Positions 42,440 through 58,307 of a stretch of 64,000 nt of DNA are shown here, piece by piece; the first letter of the stretch is position 1, and each line of letters starts with the position of its first letter. The DNA lies in the NCBI RefSeq assembly GCF_009914755.1, contig NC_060928.1; one strand, given 5' to 3'. Position numbers and translations under genes: made by a program. The notes beneath the pieces are model-generated. The model saw nothing but the letters and a program-made list of their open reading frames with translations. It had not been told where the DNA came from and searched no databases. Source of the DNA: the human T2T-CHM13v2.0 reference genome, Homo sapiens.

Positions 42440-42875
42440 CTATTATGTGCCACCCTCTTCGATTTCTGGGAAATGATCTGAATTGACTCATCTTTTTCAA
42501 CCTCCGTCTTCAGGGTCATCCTTTATTGCAGAGACTGGAAAGTGAAACACTACTTTCAATCCCTTTGCAGGTAGTATTCTGGATTTCAGCTTCACTTGAA
42601 TTTGGCATGGAGGGGAGAGAGGCAGGCCCAGGGTAGAGGAAGCATAGTTCTGTGATTGTAACTCCTGGGGATGGAGGGTTCTCGTATTGCAGTGGCAGCT
42701 TCCTTGAGCATGGCAGAGGTCTGGTGGCTGGGGGTTGTTACTAGAAGCCTCACCTGCAGCCTATTCATTCAGCCCTTCTGACTAGCTTCTATGCCACTTA
42801 AACTGTGGTAATACAACCCTTTCTTAAACACGGCAAAATGTGTCTACTGTCTGTAACTAAGTCCTAATAAATGTA
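42440..42875 (+). mobile_element. LTR33-like ERVL LTR (old)
   Basis: gcagagactggaaagtgaaacactactttcaatccctttgcagg; end ctgtctgtaactaagtcctaataaat. Confidence 0.5.
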
Positions 42876-43845
42876 GCGCTTTTCCCTCAAACAGCTATTA
42901 ATATGAAGTCTTCCCAGAACAGAGTACAGTGGGTCTCTACTTTCCTCTTATCTAGAAACTAGGTATCTGTGAACAGACACTGATACCCTGTTAAGTATTG
43001 GAAGCCTCCAATCATCAATTCTGCAACTAACAGTCTGCCCTTGTGTGGTTCCCTCATGCCCTCTGAGTCTCAGGTTCTTCATCTGTCAAATGAAGGGATT
43101 GGTTCTGATTGATGCTGGGGCCACTTCTATCTTGAGCACTCTTTCAACTTGATAAAATGATTTTCCAGCAAGTCCCATTCAATCCAAAATACTGAAAAAT
43201 CTACTTATCTTCTAAGAAACTTTCTTGAATAGAGTGAAAAAAAAAATTGAGTAGACATAGTTGATTACCTGAGAGAGGTAAGTTGAAGCTATTTCTGAGA
43301 TACAAACCTTACAGTTTAAAAAAACTTTAGGTATTCCAATTTCATTTCATAGATCTGGAAACTGGACAAATTATATGCCTAAATTCACACATCTATGGGA
43401 TGGCATTCAGTTCTTTTAGTTCCATATTAAGTAATATCCTCCTTTTATTATTTTAATTTTACTTCAGAGCAAATGGGAAGGTTATAGTGCTTATTATTGG
43501 AATGGAATAAAGAAGGTAAATGGCAATTTACATTATTTCTCAGCAATGCTCATTAGTTATGTGACCAGCCCTTGTGCCAAGCCTTCTTGTGTATTCTTGA
43601 CACTTACTGACCTTCTAACGCCTATCACTTCACACCTATGTGTGATTTTCTAAATTTGATTAGACCTTTTTTGACAGGGATCTATCTTTCACTCTTAGGA
43701 ATCCTCTATGTGCCTTACATTATATGGGCATTCAATAAATGTTTACCAGTATTCAATTGAATTACCCTTAGGAGAAAATAAACTTTCACCTCTGTAAGAA
43801 ATCAGATGTATAAAAATGCATAATGTTTTTTAAACGTTTTCTCTT

Positions 43846-44107
<262 letters not shown>

Positions 44108-44584
44108 TTACTTTATTATTATTGCATAGTTATGGCTTTATTCATTTCTTGCCACTTTATTTAAGGTGATGTTCAAAAATGTACTCACTGCAGAAGAATA
44201 AAACAATAGATTAAAAATGAGAGAGGAATCTAAGCAAGAAAATAAAAGCAAGTTAAAGAAATGTATTCTAAATCTTTTTATGATTAATAAATATGGTTTT
44301 TAAATTTGACTTTAAGCATCCTAACAGCCAAGGCAAGAAGTAAAACAACCTCTTACAAAAAACCAATGGCCGCTATTTACAAATTTATGAGATGCTGGAC
44401 AGGATAGCTTTTAATAGAACTGAATAGAATAATATGGTGAAAAGAACATGTATCAGAAGTTAGAATAACACAAATAACTGCTAGCATTTGCATAGCATCT
44501 ATTATATCAAAACATTTTTATATAAAGTTCACTTAGCCTCACAATTCTGATGTATATAGTTTGATTAGTAGTGTTACAATTTTT

Positions 44585-44700
44585 AAAGAAAGAAAGAACA
44601 TTAAAGAGAAGGAAGACAAGGAAAAAGAAAGAATAGAAAAAGAAAAAGTGGAAGAAAAGAAAGTAAAAAGAAAAGAATAAAGGGAGAAAAGAAAAACAGA
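44585..44700. repeat. A/G-rich low-complexity tract
   Basis: Runs of gaaa/gaaaa. Confidence 0.75.
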
Positions 44701-46948
44701 CTTACTGGGGCTAAATAACTCACTCAGCAAAACAGATGCATTAAGTAAAAGACCAAGAACGGGTACCTCGGTTTTCTTTCTTCAGATTCCACATTCTTCC
44801 TTCAGATTCCACAGTGACCCTCTTGAGAGTGAGGGTTCTATCTAGTTCTTGTCACTGACACCACTGTTGATTTATAATCATATTAATATAGCTTATTGAA
44901 TTGTTACAATTAGCAATGTGTGCTTGAATCAGACACACTATACTCATTATCTCTGGTCTTAACTTCATAATGTATGATCCCATTTTATAGTTCTGGAAAC
45001 TAAGGTTCAGAGAGGTTAAGTAAAGGGTCCAAGACATACAGCTTGTTAAGTAGCTGATCAGGAATTTAAGCCTAAGATCTTATATCTAGTATATGGCAGA
45101 GAGATATTATTTCATTCCAGGTTTGCTTGGCTTCAAAGCCTATGTCCTGCTGCTAATCTGTAGCCTTCTCACCAACCAACCAACCATATGACTTGGAACG
45201 AGCTGTTTACGCTCATTCATTTCAGTGCCCATGACCTTTAGATATGGGATAAAGAGCTGTGCTTTATCTGCCATGAATGCGGTCAAATAAGGAGAGGCAT
45301 ATGGAAGCCATTTTGGATACTATTATAGTTATTTTAAGTACACTAATCACACTGTATATTAAGAACATTAATACTTGTAATTTAATCACCAAACTGATAA
45401 AATATAGAATTATCTAAAAATAATGGTATAATTTGCATATGTTATAGGAGATATCTTTGGCTCTTCTCATGGTATTCTCTGCTTTCTGGCCTCACATCCC
45501 TTCAGAGGTGCAGGCTTGATACAGCAAAAGACAGAAGGCAGGTGTTTGGCCTGGAGCCCTCTTAAGAGATACTTGTGAAATGAGTCTTAACTCCATCTTC
45601 TGAGAAAATGATTCAAATCATCGAGCCAGGCAAGGATTACATTTGTAAATTTTGTTAACCTTGATATGAATTGCTACTACCTGGGTCTCTTGTTTCCTTA
45701 GTAACCTTCCTCAATAAGCATTCATAGGAAAGTTTCTTATCGGAAGTGTTATAGAAAGGACTCCTGTGAAATTCACCAGACTGAGGAGATTGACTTTTAT
45801 GGCTCAGAGGATGCAGTAGGCAAAGTTCCTAATGGCCAGTGAAGTTCCTCTTTCAGAGAACACAAATCCAAAGTGAATTCTGCAAAATCTACCACTGTAC
45901 TTATTCCTTCATTGAGAAAATGGGGTGCTTTATGGATAAATGCATGGAAAAGTCAGACTTCGACCAAAGTCAAAGGGCAATAGAAACCCTTTGCATTCTT
46001 TCTAATGACTTCAAGCTGTGGAGTTTGGAAAGTTACAGATTCCTCTGGAGGGTAACATATGTACAGGCTTTTTTCCCTATTTCTTTATAATAAAAATTGA
46101 TGAAGAGGAATACGTAAAGTGTGGTTTCCCTTTAGGCAGAGTTCAGTGGAAGTAGCATTATACATAGAAGAACTTTCAGCTAAACTTAGAGAGAAACAGA
46201 GACTTTTAGGCCAATCATTTTCCTAAATGTCACTGATTTTGTGGGAGTAAGTAATAGCATCTTTCCTAGGCGTTTGTTACAGAACCACGTAAAGAGCTCT
46301 ACTATTTGGGAGATATGCAAACCTCTAAAATAATCTAAGCTAATTAGAAAATATCTGTAGCTGACAAGAAGCTTTGTATCTCTGACATCAAACAGTGCCT
46401 GGAAGAGGTGTGTTGGTTTTCACCAGCATGAATACCAGCAGTGGCAGACACCTTCTTACCAAGAGAGTAAACTGATGGACATACACAGCCTATGAAAAAA
46501 TTGACATTGCTGAGACAGCGCTGGGGATTAACCTTTACAGCTGTGAGATGTCAAGCAAAATTGAAATCCAACCATTGTGGAGCATGTTGAAATCAGTGGG
46601 TGTACACAAATCTCTAAATTATTACTTTGGCCAGATGGAAAAGTTTCCATTTACTGCCTGCTGGAGGAGGTTTAGTCGGTAACACTGAAGAGGGAAGGAA
46701 GATTGAAAATGAGGTATTTTTCATGTGCACTAAGGCTGCTATCCAAGAGTAGCATAAGAGAGGATAGTCACAGGCCAAATGGGTGACATGGTTCACCTCT
46801 TGGCCCCCTACTACAGGTAGCCAAAATAAATGACTGTACTTTGAAATAATTGCCTTTAGCAGCACGTGTTTACTGTCTTCTGTTATTACAATTGCTACCC
46901 TATAATGTACTTAGACAGCATTTAACTTGCTATGGTTTCAGACAGTGA

Positions 46949-47026
46949 CACAGGTTTAAGGCTTGGCTCCAAAATGCTGAAATTGTACACAAGTTTAAGG
47001 CTTGGCCCCAAAATGCTAAAATTGTA
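46949..47026. repeat. Two-copy 39-bp tandem duplication
   Basis: caca(g/a)gtttaaggcttggc(t/c)ccaaaatgct(g/a)aaattgta x2, 3 mismatches. Confidence 0.92.
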
Positions 47027-50000
47027 TCTGCAAGAAAGGGTATGGATGAGAATTGTTGAAAGCTAGTATATGTTAATTCACAGAGGAGACTGATTATTAA
47101 AATTCTCTCTCCTTCTATCCTAGGTATTTTTCTTCTTTTTCTACTTGGAAAACTGTTAATCATCCCTAAAATCTCATGACACACTCACTCTCTCTCTGAT
47201 GCATTCCCCAGCTCCAGTAAACAGTTAGTTGCTCTATCTTTTGTTTTAATTACACCACTATCATCGCATTTTATGAGGTTTCTGTTTGTGTATCTCTCTT
47301 CCCACCTTGAACCCTTCAACACAGAAACCTTATCTTTAACGGAGTTCAATGTGGTTGTTAATAATGAGCTCTGCAAGGAGACCATGTATGCTCAAACCCT
47401 GATTTCACAGCTGTGTAACCTTGGGTGCAATCCTTAACATAATCTGTAAGATGAGGAAAATGGGAATATCCACTTCTTTGAATTATTGTAAGGATTAAAC
47501 AAGATAATAAAATACAAAGTGCTTTGAAAAGCACCAAGCACCAGGCTCAGTTAAGTGTTTGCCATTATTTCATTTTTAATATCACCATTGTCTGGCTTAA
47601 TATCAGGCATAGAGTAGACAGACTGTGCATAAAAAAATAAGAAAAGTTCCATAACAAATAAATACGTCAACAGTGTTTATTTTTTGCATATTTCTTCCTT
47701 AGTTCTTCAGATAGTTAGGATGAAATGAGGAGCACATATGATAAAAGCATGTGTTCCAGGACTGAGTTTGAATGCCCCCTTGTCCCAAATTGGAGTGTCT
47801 TCAATAAGCCTCCCCTTATTTTCTTAAAGTATTTTATAGGGAGTCAAAAGTATTTGTAAGCATGCTTATGCCCTCCAGAGTTTTTAAAAAAGAATTCAAG
47901 CAAGAAGAGGTGGATATGGTTGGCCAGGTTTCTATTAAATGACTTTCTTCAGAAGCATTTTGACAAAATTAGGCACAGCCAGGAAAGCAGCAAAAAATCT
48001 GTTGTTTCTCATTTGCTGAAAACGCCATTAGCTGCCTCTTCTCGCCTTCTGCTCACGGACACTTGGCTCTTGTTCCTGCTCTGCCCCCTGTGCCCAGTCT
48101 GGCAGATAATGCACCAGAAAATATTTCACCTCATGCACAGGGAGTGGGAACTCACACAAGGAAGTTTGCAAGGAATGGAAATCTGTGCAAGGCAATCCCC
48201 TCGTCCTGAGAAGGACCCCATTTAGCAGGGGCGAATATCCATTAAACTCTGATGAAAACATACTCATGCATTCAATAAATATGCAGCACCTACAAAGTGC
48301 TGGTGTTTTAGGTGCTAGGAATCCATTAGTGAACCAGAAATGAAAACAACAACTAAATGGATGTTAAACAAAATCAGTCTATTAGAAGGTAATGAGGTAC
48401 TATTAAGAAAAAAGAAAGGGAGTCAGAGGGTCCTGTAAGAAGGGGCAAGAGGTGTGCAGTTTTAAATGGAAAGATTAAGGAAGTCTCTAATAAGACATTG
48501 GAGACTGATCATGAGTAGGAGGCACTTATATCAGAGTTTTTGCAGTTTCGAAAATGCATTTTGCACTTTGGTGTAATTTACTTCACAAACAAGGGATGCT
48601 CTTAAATATTTGCTTATTTAATAACTTTCTGAATACTGAGGGATATTTTCCTATTGCTTTTCCACTTCATAATTAAATATGAATTTCTTGGACAAAAACA
48701 AAAGGCCTAAGGAAAAGGAAAATAGAACTTAAGAGCTCAGTAAAAAATGTTTATTTTTTCTATCTTTTCAAAAATAATATGCAAGGCAAATCACAAAATG
48801 TGAAAGAACAAATTACTTTTATTTTTGGATTACTTAACAAACAAAAGGAAAAAAAATCTCTGGTAGGTAGCTCAAATAAAGAAAACATCCTGAATTAAAA
48901 AGCTATCTAACTTTATCCAGCCACCATCCTAATGTTCTATCACAGATCATGCCTCTGTGCAAAAAGGCCTGATTTCTGAGAGTTTAAAAGAATCTTATGG
49001 TTTTGAGAAATGAATACACTGATCTCTTGCGAAGAATGAAAAAGCCCCAAAACTCAGCAAAGGCAACAATTCAAACTACCACAGGAAATGAAAAAGAGTG
49101 TGCATTTGGAACATACACAGAGTTTTAAAAAAAACAAAAGGAAATTGATATAGATAACTCAATTTCCATTAGTGTTTCATAAATTTAAATTGCCTTGTGA
49201 TCAACTGAGTGCTTGTATAAACTACAAAGCGCTGGTGTGGTCCCAAGATGAGAATGTAAAAGTATAACCAGAAAAATTAACATAGGAATCAATTACCCTG
49301 AAAATTCTGATCTCAGAGGTCCCTGGACAGAAAACAGTGCTCCCTGGAATGACATGAAAAGAAATAGACAAAATATCCATATCCACTTCTATATAAAGAG
49401 ATACTAATGCACTGTATACACAACTTGGGAATATCTGCACATACTTTGATTAGAAGTGAGTTTATAATGAACAATGCTCATGTGCATTAACTCATAATAC
49501 TAACACTTTTTACTGGAGATTATCAAGAGGTCAGTGATAGCCAAAGACACCTTTTCTCCCACCCCTTCAGTTTCCATGACTACGTATCTTTCCTAAACCA
49601 CCCTGGCATCACTTGACTCACTTTCTTCCTCCTTGGGGAGGAATGACTTTTCTGATGGGTAAATTTAGGAAGGATAAATTTCCTGCTGTGCTCAATTTCT
49701 TTCCTGCTTTGCTCAATTTCTCCTCTTTGTCCTTCTGGGAGCAAATTGCCAAAGAAGCAGAATTCTCCACTGCTTCCAAGCCTAAGTGTCCCCTGGGCAG
49801 GACCACTCTCCCCTACACCGTGAACTGGGGATCCATCCCCATCAGCATCACTCCTGACACCTAATTGCACACAGCGAATTTTGTGACTGTCAGCATCACT
49901 CCCGACTGGGAGGCTGAGTCTGCCTAATTGTGGACCTAACCTGCAGGTTCTTGTGCTTCTTGCACTAACCAAAGCCTCCCACCTGGCTTCCATCATTAAC

Positions 50001-50627
50001 AGAGACCTTTTCTTCTCGTTGCCCATGTTTCTGTTTTAGTCCTTATTTGTACAGAACTGAGTAGGGGTAAAGGTGATGTTATTTACTGGCTCTCTCTGAG
50101 GGACCCTGATAGTCAGAACAAGAGATGTTGTCAGGTATACATACAGACATCACAGTACTAACATTGGGCATGGATGGAAGCATTAAAACCAACAAGCCAG
50201 GTTTGTCTATCCCATTTACTTCAAAAACACACCTTAAATTTTTACTTATTTTATCATTTTGTTCATTTGAAAGTAAATTAAAAAACATAAAAATGCACAC
50301 CATCAAATGACATGTTGCAGTGCTGAAAAATATGTGAAGAAAAATGTATAGATGAGCGATAACAGGATTTATAACTCAGTGACAATCTCAGCTTTACGAC
50401 ATTTAAATTGTGAAATCTCTAAAAGCCCTAAAGTGTTGTTCAACTCATGTCTTATCCATTTCAGTTTGGCTTACCATAAAGTATAAACATCTAGTTAGAA
50501 TATTTTGACAGAAGAATATTGGTGAGTCATTCAATTTCTCTAACCGTCACTTTGTCTGTAAAATGGGGATAAAAAATTTTTTCTCTTAAGTTGCACAAAA
50601 TTGAAATGGGAGCATGATTTCCGAATA

Positions 50628-50998
<371 letters not shown>

Positions 50999-53900
50999 CT
51001 ATTATTATTCCTATTATATGAACACTTTTTTTTTTAAAACTCAGGGAGTCATGTAACTCTGCTATATGTATTTCTTCAAGTTAAATAACAATGATTTATT
51101 AATGAACTCCTACATGCTCTTAGGAAAGGTGCTATGTGTACTATGGATTAAAAAAAAAGTAGTGCATGTTTCTCACATTCAAGAAGCTTTTATTTAAGAG
51201 AAGAAATGCAATAAACACAGTAGAAACTAAGTAAAAAGAAATTAGGAGAGTGGATTTTGTGCAGTGAAAGAGGAGGTTAAAAAATAAGAGGGCACTAGAC
51301 ATGATTTTAAGGATAACTGAGCTCAGATGGATGCAGGAGAGCAGGCTGGTGATTTCAGGGGAGGCGAATAAGTGGGAAATATTAGACGAGAATGAGCATG
51401 GTGAGAGCGCTGGAGTAGAGGGGCAAGTTGATTCTCTACTCTCTGTTTAACAGCTCTTTGAGCTTTGTTATATTTCATCAAGGTAAAATATATATATAAA
51501 AAAAAAGATGGGTGCCAACCTCTCCACATGGTGTTTGGTTAGATGTGGCAAAAGTGTGGTTTTTAAAATCTATGTAAAGAACTCCATGAATTTCCAACTT
51601 ATTATACTCTAAGTATAAAAATTGCTGAATATCAATGATTATACACTACAAAAGAATTGCCATTTATGGGCTTTATTAATGTTCTAGAACCTATAAGTAT
51701 TTTACATACTTATTTATACATGTGAGGTCCTCAGCCCTTAAGACAACCTTGTGAAAATTGGTTGCTGTTTTACATAGAGAAGCTTGAGTTTCAGGAAAAT
51801 GGAATCACTCATGAGAGAACACAGAATGTGTAAATGGTGGAACAAGAATTCAAACCCACATCTGACTTAGAGGCTTACCCACGATGCAGTCAACACCTGA
51901 CCATAGTATCCAATGACAGGGGTGGAAATTAGATTTTGACATGAAGTTAAAAACACAGTTAAAGTATGTGGTTCAAATATTTAATCATTCTGGGAGCATC
52001 ATTCTTTATGGGTGCAATCCACATTCTCTTTAGAGAAGAAGGATATTACTGTGGCAACATTCAAAGAAAGTGCACTTCAGCCTGAAGCTCAGCAAGATCG
52101 TCTTTTTTGGGGGGGAGGTGGTAATTAACTGAGTGCCCTGGCCTTCATCCACTTTTCTGATGATTTCCCCAGCTACTCAGGGTTAAGCTTCTGTCACAAA
52201 AATTATTCTGAGCCATTTGTTTAGCCTGTTTGATGTTCACTACATTTATTTTCCTTAGGCAGCAGCATTGTGAATGTTGACTATATTTAACATGCTTAGC
52301 TGTACCAGGGAAATAATCATCTTTGGCTTATTTAAAATATCCAATTTTCTTAGCCTTTGAAGAAAATCTAGAGCTAATATGGAGTAATTGGTGATGAGAT
52401 AGGACAGATCCAAGTGCAATTTCAAGGCTCCTAATTTTCACCTACAGAGTAAGATTTCTTTATTATGTTAGAAAATGTTTTGGAGAGATTTTTTCAATTA
52501 GGAGGCACATTAAACAAATACTGGCTAGTAGTGTACGGGTTCAGGAAGAGGGGTAAATCTCTTAGTTGCTTACTTTCTTTCAAGAAAAACTTTAAATGAT
52601 TCTATTTAACCAAAGAGAAGATGGAGAGAAGGCAACATAAGAATGTAATTAAGTTTAACTTTTAACCTTCTGTTTGGGATTTGCCTCTATTCTTTCCCAC
52701 CATAGTTAAGTGTGAAGATAGTCCTCATCCATATTTAGAAGAAGCCTCAAAAAGAAGCAAAGGAAGGAAAGAATAAATAGAAGTATTCACTGTCTATCCT
52801 ATATTCCTGCCAATATCTGGGAGTGGCCTCAAAATAATACCCTTGCTATCTCAGAGCCTATATTGCTTTTGATACACTAGCAGTACTTCTGTGGTTTTCA
52901 CGGAACACATAAGCCAAGTCCATGACTGAAGACCATGGCACCATAAGGAAATCTCACCACTGACACCATTTATAATGAAACAAATGGGTTTTCTAAGAGG
53001 AGGTAACTCATGGTATAACTGTCGTGGTACAAGGTCTCAGGCCAGGCCTTCCCACTTAAAAAATTTCCCTCCATTTCCAATCTTAGCAATTTTACAAAGA
53101 AACTGGTCAACTTTCCTTAAATAATTATTCCAGGACTTAACTTGTGCCCTAAAGAATAGACATATTCTGGTCTCTCTGGAGTGTGGAGAATGAGAAGATT
53201 TGTTTTCATGGAAAAATGTATCTACTCATTTTAGACAGCCATTGGCAAGAATAGTTCCTATTATTGTAAAATGTGTGTATTTGAAATATATTAGCTAGGC
53301 AGGTCAACTCTGAACTTTACAAAGATTTTGCAACTATAGAATTTCTTTGCTGATTTTGTGTTTTTCCTTAAATATAGCCATAAATGCTGAGCTATATGTT
53401 AGTTTTATTGTTGATGCATTGTAGAAGAGAGATACAATAATACTGAGGCTAACTTACTATTTTGAGCTTTAAACTTTTAGTCTAAAATCTCATCTGTGCA
53501 AATTCTTAATGAGGTACATTTTCAAAGAGAGCTTTAGCTATATAACCTCTGTTGTCATGAAGAAATGCATTTGGCTAATTTCCTCTGTGTCTCCTTGAAA
53601 CTTTACAATAACAGGAAAAAGTTAACTCTGACTTTTCACTCAAGTAATGTTTAGAAGTTTCTGCTAATTCCAACCTCAATGCACCAGAGATATTTAGGGA
53701 TTGCTGAATATTGGGAAGATAGATGTAGGATTTGGATGTTTGTTCAGGTGCCTCAGTCTTCTAATTATTTTGTCATTATGCATTTTCCCCTGTAATTTGT
53801 TTAAATTTGGAATCACATCACCAATTACTTCATTGCTGTCTGGTCTTCAATATTCTCTTGTTTATTCATTAGAGAATTTCTGTGACAGGCCATTAATAAC

Positions 53901-54870
53901 TATGCATTTGCTGACGTATAAAGTCACATATCCTTAATTATGTTCAAATATCTGTCTGGGGAAAGTACTTGATTCTAAATGTACTATCCTGATCTTACTA
54001 ATCCAGGTACCTTAGTGTATGTCTTCACTTACCATAGAGATTTAGAAAATAAAAAAAGAACACTTAGTACTAAAAGTAAGACTAGCATAGAAAAAACTTG
54101 AGCTCTAACTTCAGAAGACTGTGGTTGATTCCAATTCTACTGATTGCTAGTTCATAATGTAGTCAAGTTACTTAGCAAATTTGAAGAAATTTCCTTATCT
54201 ATAAAAATGGAAAATACCTATGGACTATCTCATGTGTAACAGAACTAAGCTTATTATAACTTACAAAAGATAAATATTCAAAATCAGCATAAAGAAAATT
54301 ATGTTTTTGGCAACTCTATTCACAATGTTTGGGATTCTTCCTACCTATAGTTATGTATGAAGAAGTCACACTAAAGTAACCATTAGAAAATCTGGGTTAC
54401 AATACTAGGCACTTTTAATGAGTGCTTACCATTTAATGAGTACTAGGTATGTGGCTTGTCTCAAAATTATTCTGTGTCTCAGAAGCACTCTGTGAAGTTG
54501 GTATTATGATGATTTTCATCTTATGGGCAGGAGAACTGAGGTTCAGACAGGTTTGGTGATTTGCACAGGACCACAGCCAGCAGCATTTCTGGAAAAATTT
54601 GACCTGTGTATCTTCAAAGCTCAGTGTGTCCTAACCTTAGTACCATTCTGCTTCTACAACTAAGTTCTAGTATTAAGTCATAAAAGGACCCTGGGCAACT
54701 CATTACTTTATCATGACCTATATCTTAGGGAAGTTTGAATGAGCTTTCATGTCTTCTTGCTCAAAGTATGCATGATTATTGGTCTTAAACTTCGTCACAT
54801 GAACACAATACCCCACACATTTACTTGAGATGAACATGGGCCTGCCTCTTATGAAAGATATTACTCTCTC

Positions 54871-56540
54871 GACACAAGAAATGGAAGAACATTCCATGCT
54901 CATGGATAGGAAGAATCAATATCGTGAAAATGGCCATACTGCCCAAGGTAATTTGTAGATTCAATGCAATCCCCATCAAGCTACCAATGACTTTCTTCAC
55001 AGAATTGGAAAAAACTACTTTAAAGTTCATATGGAACCAAAAAAGAGCCTGCACAGCCAAGACGATCCTAAGCAAAAACAGCAAAGCTGGAGGCATCATG
55101 CTACCTGACTTCAAACTATACTACAAGGCTACAGTAACCAAAACAGCATGGTACTTGTACCAAAACACATATATAGACCAATGAAACAGAGCAGAGGCCT
55201 CAGAAATAACACCGTATGTCTACAACCATCTGATCTTTGACAAACCTGACAGAAACAAGCAATGGGGAAGGGATTCCCTATTTCACAAATGGTGCTGGTA
55301 AAACTGGCTAGCCATATGTAGAAAGCTGAAACTGGATCCCTTCCTTACACCTTATACAAAAATTAACTCAAGATGGATTAAAGACTTAAATGTAAGACCT
55401 AAAACCGTAAAAAACCTAGAAGAAAACCTAGGCAATACCATTCAGGACATAGGCATGGGCAAAGACTTCATGACTAACACACCAAAAGCAATGGCAACAA
55501 AAGCCACAATAGACAAATGGGATCTAATTAAACTAAAGAGTTTCTGTACAGCAAAAGAAACTATCATCAGAGTGAACAGGCAACCTACAGAACGGGAGAA
55601 AATTTTTGCAATCTACCCATCTGACAAAGGGCTAATATCCAGAATCTAGAAAGAACTTAAAAAAATTTACAAGAAAAAAACAACCCCATCAAAAAGTGGT
55701 CAAAGGATATGAACAAACACTTCTCAAAAGAAGACATTTATGCAGCCAAAAGACACATGAAAAAATGCTCATCATCACTGGCCATCAGAGAAATGCAAAT
55801 CAAAACCACAATGAGATACCATCTCACACCAGTTAGAATGGTGATCATTAAAAAGTCAGGAAACAACAGATGCTGGAGAGGATGTGGAGAAATAGGAATG
55901 CTTTTACACTGTTGGTGGGAGTGTAAATTAGCTCAACCATTGTGGAAGACAATGTGGCGATTCCTCAAGGATCTAGAACCAGAAATACCATTTGACCCAA
56001 CGATCCCATTACTAGGTATATACCCAAAGGATTATAAATCATGCTATTATAAAGACACATGCACACATATGTTTATTGCAGCACTATTCACAATAGCAAA
56101 GACTTGGAACCAACCCAAATGTCCATCAATGATAGACTGGATTAAGAAAATGTGGCACATATACACCATGGAATACTATGCAGCCATAAAAAAGGATGAG
56201 TTCATGTCCTTTGCAGGGACATGGATGAAGCTGGAAACCATCATTCTCAGCAAACTGTCACAAGGGCAGAAAACCAAACACTACATGTTCTCACTCATAG
56301 GTGGGAGTTGAACAATGAGAACACATGGACACAGGGTGGGGAACATCACACGCTGGGGCCTGTCAAGGGGTGGGGGGCTGGGGGAGGGATAGTATTAGGA
56401 TAAATATCTAACGTAAATGACCAGTTAATGGGTGCAGCAAACCAGCATGGCACATGTATACCTACGTAACAAACCTGCACGTTGTACACATGTACCCTAG
56501 AACTTAAAGTATAATAAAAAATAAAAATAAAAGTAAATAG
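54871..56540 (+). mobile_element. L1PA5-7-like 5'-truncated LINE-1
   Basis: ORF2 remnants ([11 protein letters not shown]..., MGKDFMT...); 3' UTR and A tail; 15-bp TSD agatattactctctc at 54856-54870 and 56541-56555. Confidence 0.96.
55709..56311 (+). pseudogene. L1 ORF2p C-terminal remnant including the cysteine-rich domain
   Basis: 200-aa open frame with [14 protein letters not shown] and the C-terminus SLIGGS*; upstream ORF2 is broken by stops. Confidence 0.9.
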
Positions 56541-57136
56541 AGATATTACTCTCTCTACTGCCTCCCTGCTATTTAAATTCATCTAAGTAAACTACATCTA
56601 CTACTAAGTCCCAGGAAATATTTATTTGAATATGCATAGCAATAATTTTATGCATGCCAATTTTCCTCCTAAATACAGACCCAGGAAATACTTCATCTGG
56701 TACAAAAGTATGTTATTTTTTCTTTCCATGAATAATCTAATGTCTGCTTAGTACCAGACTTGATGGTTAAAATGGATGTGATAATTGAGAAAACTGTTAG
56801 CCCTTTTCATAAAGGGAGTGCATCTGGATTGACAACAAGAAAGAAGAACAGGAAAACTAGTTTCAAGCTCCAGTGAGAATTTCATACTTACAGAAAATTA
56901 AAATTCCTAATATTGGTTTAAAAGCCATTAGCATTCCAGCCCTAAGACAAAGTTTCTTGGAATCACCAACACCCACTAACACTGAGCTTGCCAACATGTC
57001 ATTAGGGCTCACCTTCCAAGTGAATCCTAATCAATAGCCTGTCCTGACACTGCAGTGACCCAAACCCCCGGTTACTCCTCACATTACAGTGGGACAGGTA
57101 AATTTGTGTGTCCCTTTTGACATGCAAATTTGCTGC

Positions 57137-57166
57137 GTGTGTGTTTGTGTGTGTGTGTGTGTGTGT
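57137..57166. repeat. Interrupted (GT)n microsatellite
   Basis: Direct reading. Confidence 0.85.
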
Positions 57167-57432
57167 GAAAAGACCTGAAACAGTTCATTCTCTTGTCCCA
57201 TTAATTCCACTCTATGACTCCATCCTAAGAACATAATTCTAAATATATAAGGAACTTCACACACAGATAATTCATTACATAATTTTCCAAATACTAAAAA
57301 AAGAAATTACTTATTCTAAAATCAGGATTAGTAAACTATATTACACACATTTATAGACTATAATATAGGTATTAATTTATGAAAAATCTGTAATCTAATG
57401 TAAAAATACTTGTGCTCTAATACTGAATTTAA

Positions 57433-57829
<397 letters not shown>

Positions 57830-58075
57830 AGCGGTTATTCTTAGAATGGTGGGACTGGGGGTATTTTCTTCATGTTTCTTTCTTTTCTATTTATACATTT
57901 TCCTCAATGATTGTTTATTACCTTTGTAGTAGAAAATCATATACTTCCCCAACACTCAGGTTTCATTTCCAATAATTTTCAGTGCTTTGATGTTTTCAAA
58001 TTTAAATTTAGTTTGTAATTTATGAATGCGTGTATATATAAAGGCTTACAAATTGTGTTTGGTTATACCTCAACT

Positions 58076-58307
58076 CTATGGTTCTCAATGAGGGTTAGGG
58101 GAGTGATCTCACCTACCCTGCACCCACTGGACATTTGGCAGTGCCTCGAAACACTTTTGCTTGTCACAACTCCCAGAAAGGTGCTACTGGCATTTAATTG
58201 GTAGAGACCAGGGATGCTGTCAATCAACCTATAGTGCCGAAGACAGCACACAACTCAAAGAATTATCCAGCCCCAAGTGTTCATAGTGCCAAGGTTGAGA
58301 ATCCCTG
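58076..58307. mobile_element. MER20 hAT-Charlie MITE
   Basis: tggttctcaa...ggacatttggcagtg...gtgctactggcat...gtgccaaggttgagaatccctg. Confidence 0.88.

Noticed and set aside
49613-49864. + strand 83-aa ORF with RTTLP...SIPISIT, faintly reminiscent of a PDE4 N-terminal motif
   Set aside because: Only a few residues match, the start is non-ATG, and there is no supporting exon structure
55709-56311. 200-aa ORF as a gene
   Set aside because: It is the L1 ORF2 C-terminus in a 5'-truncated element lacking promoter, endonuclease and RT
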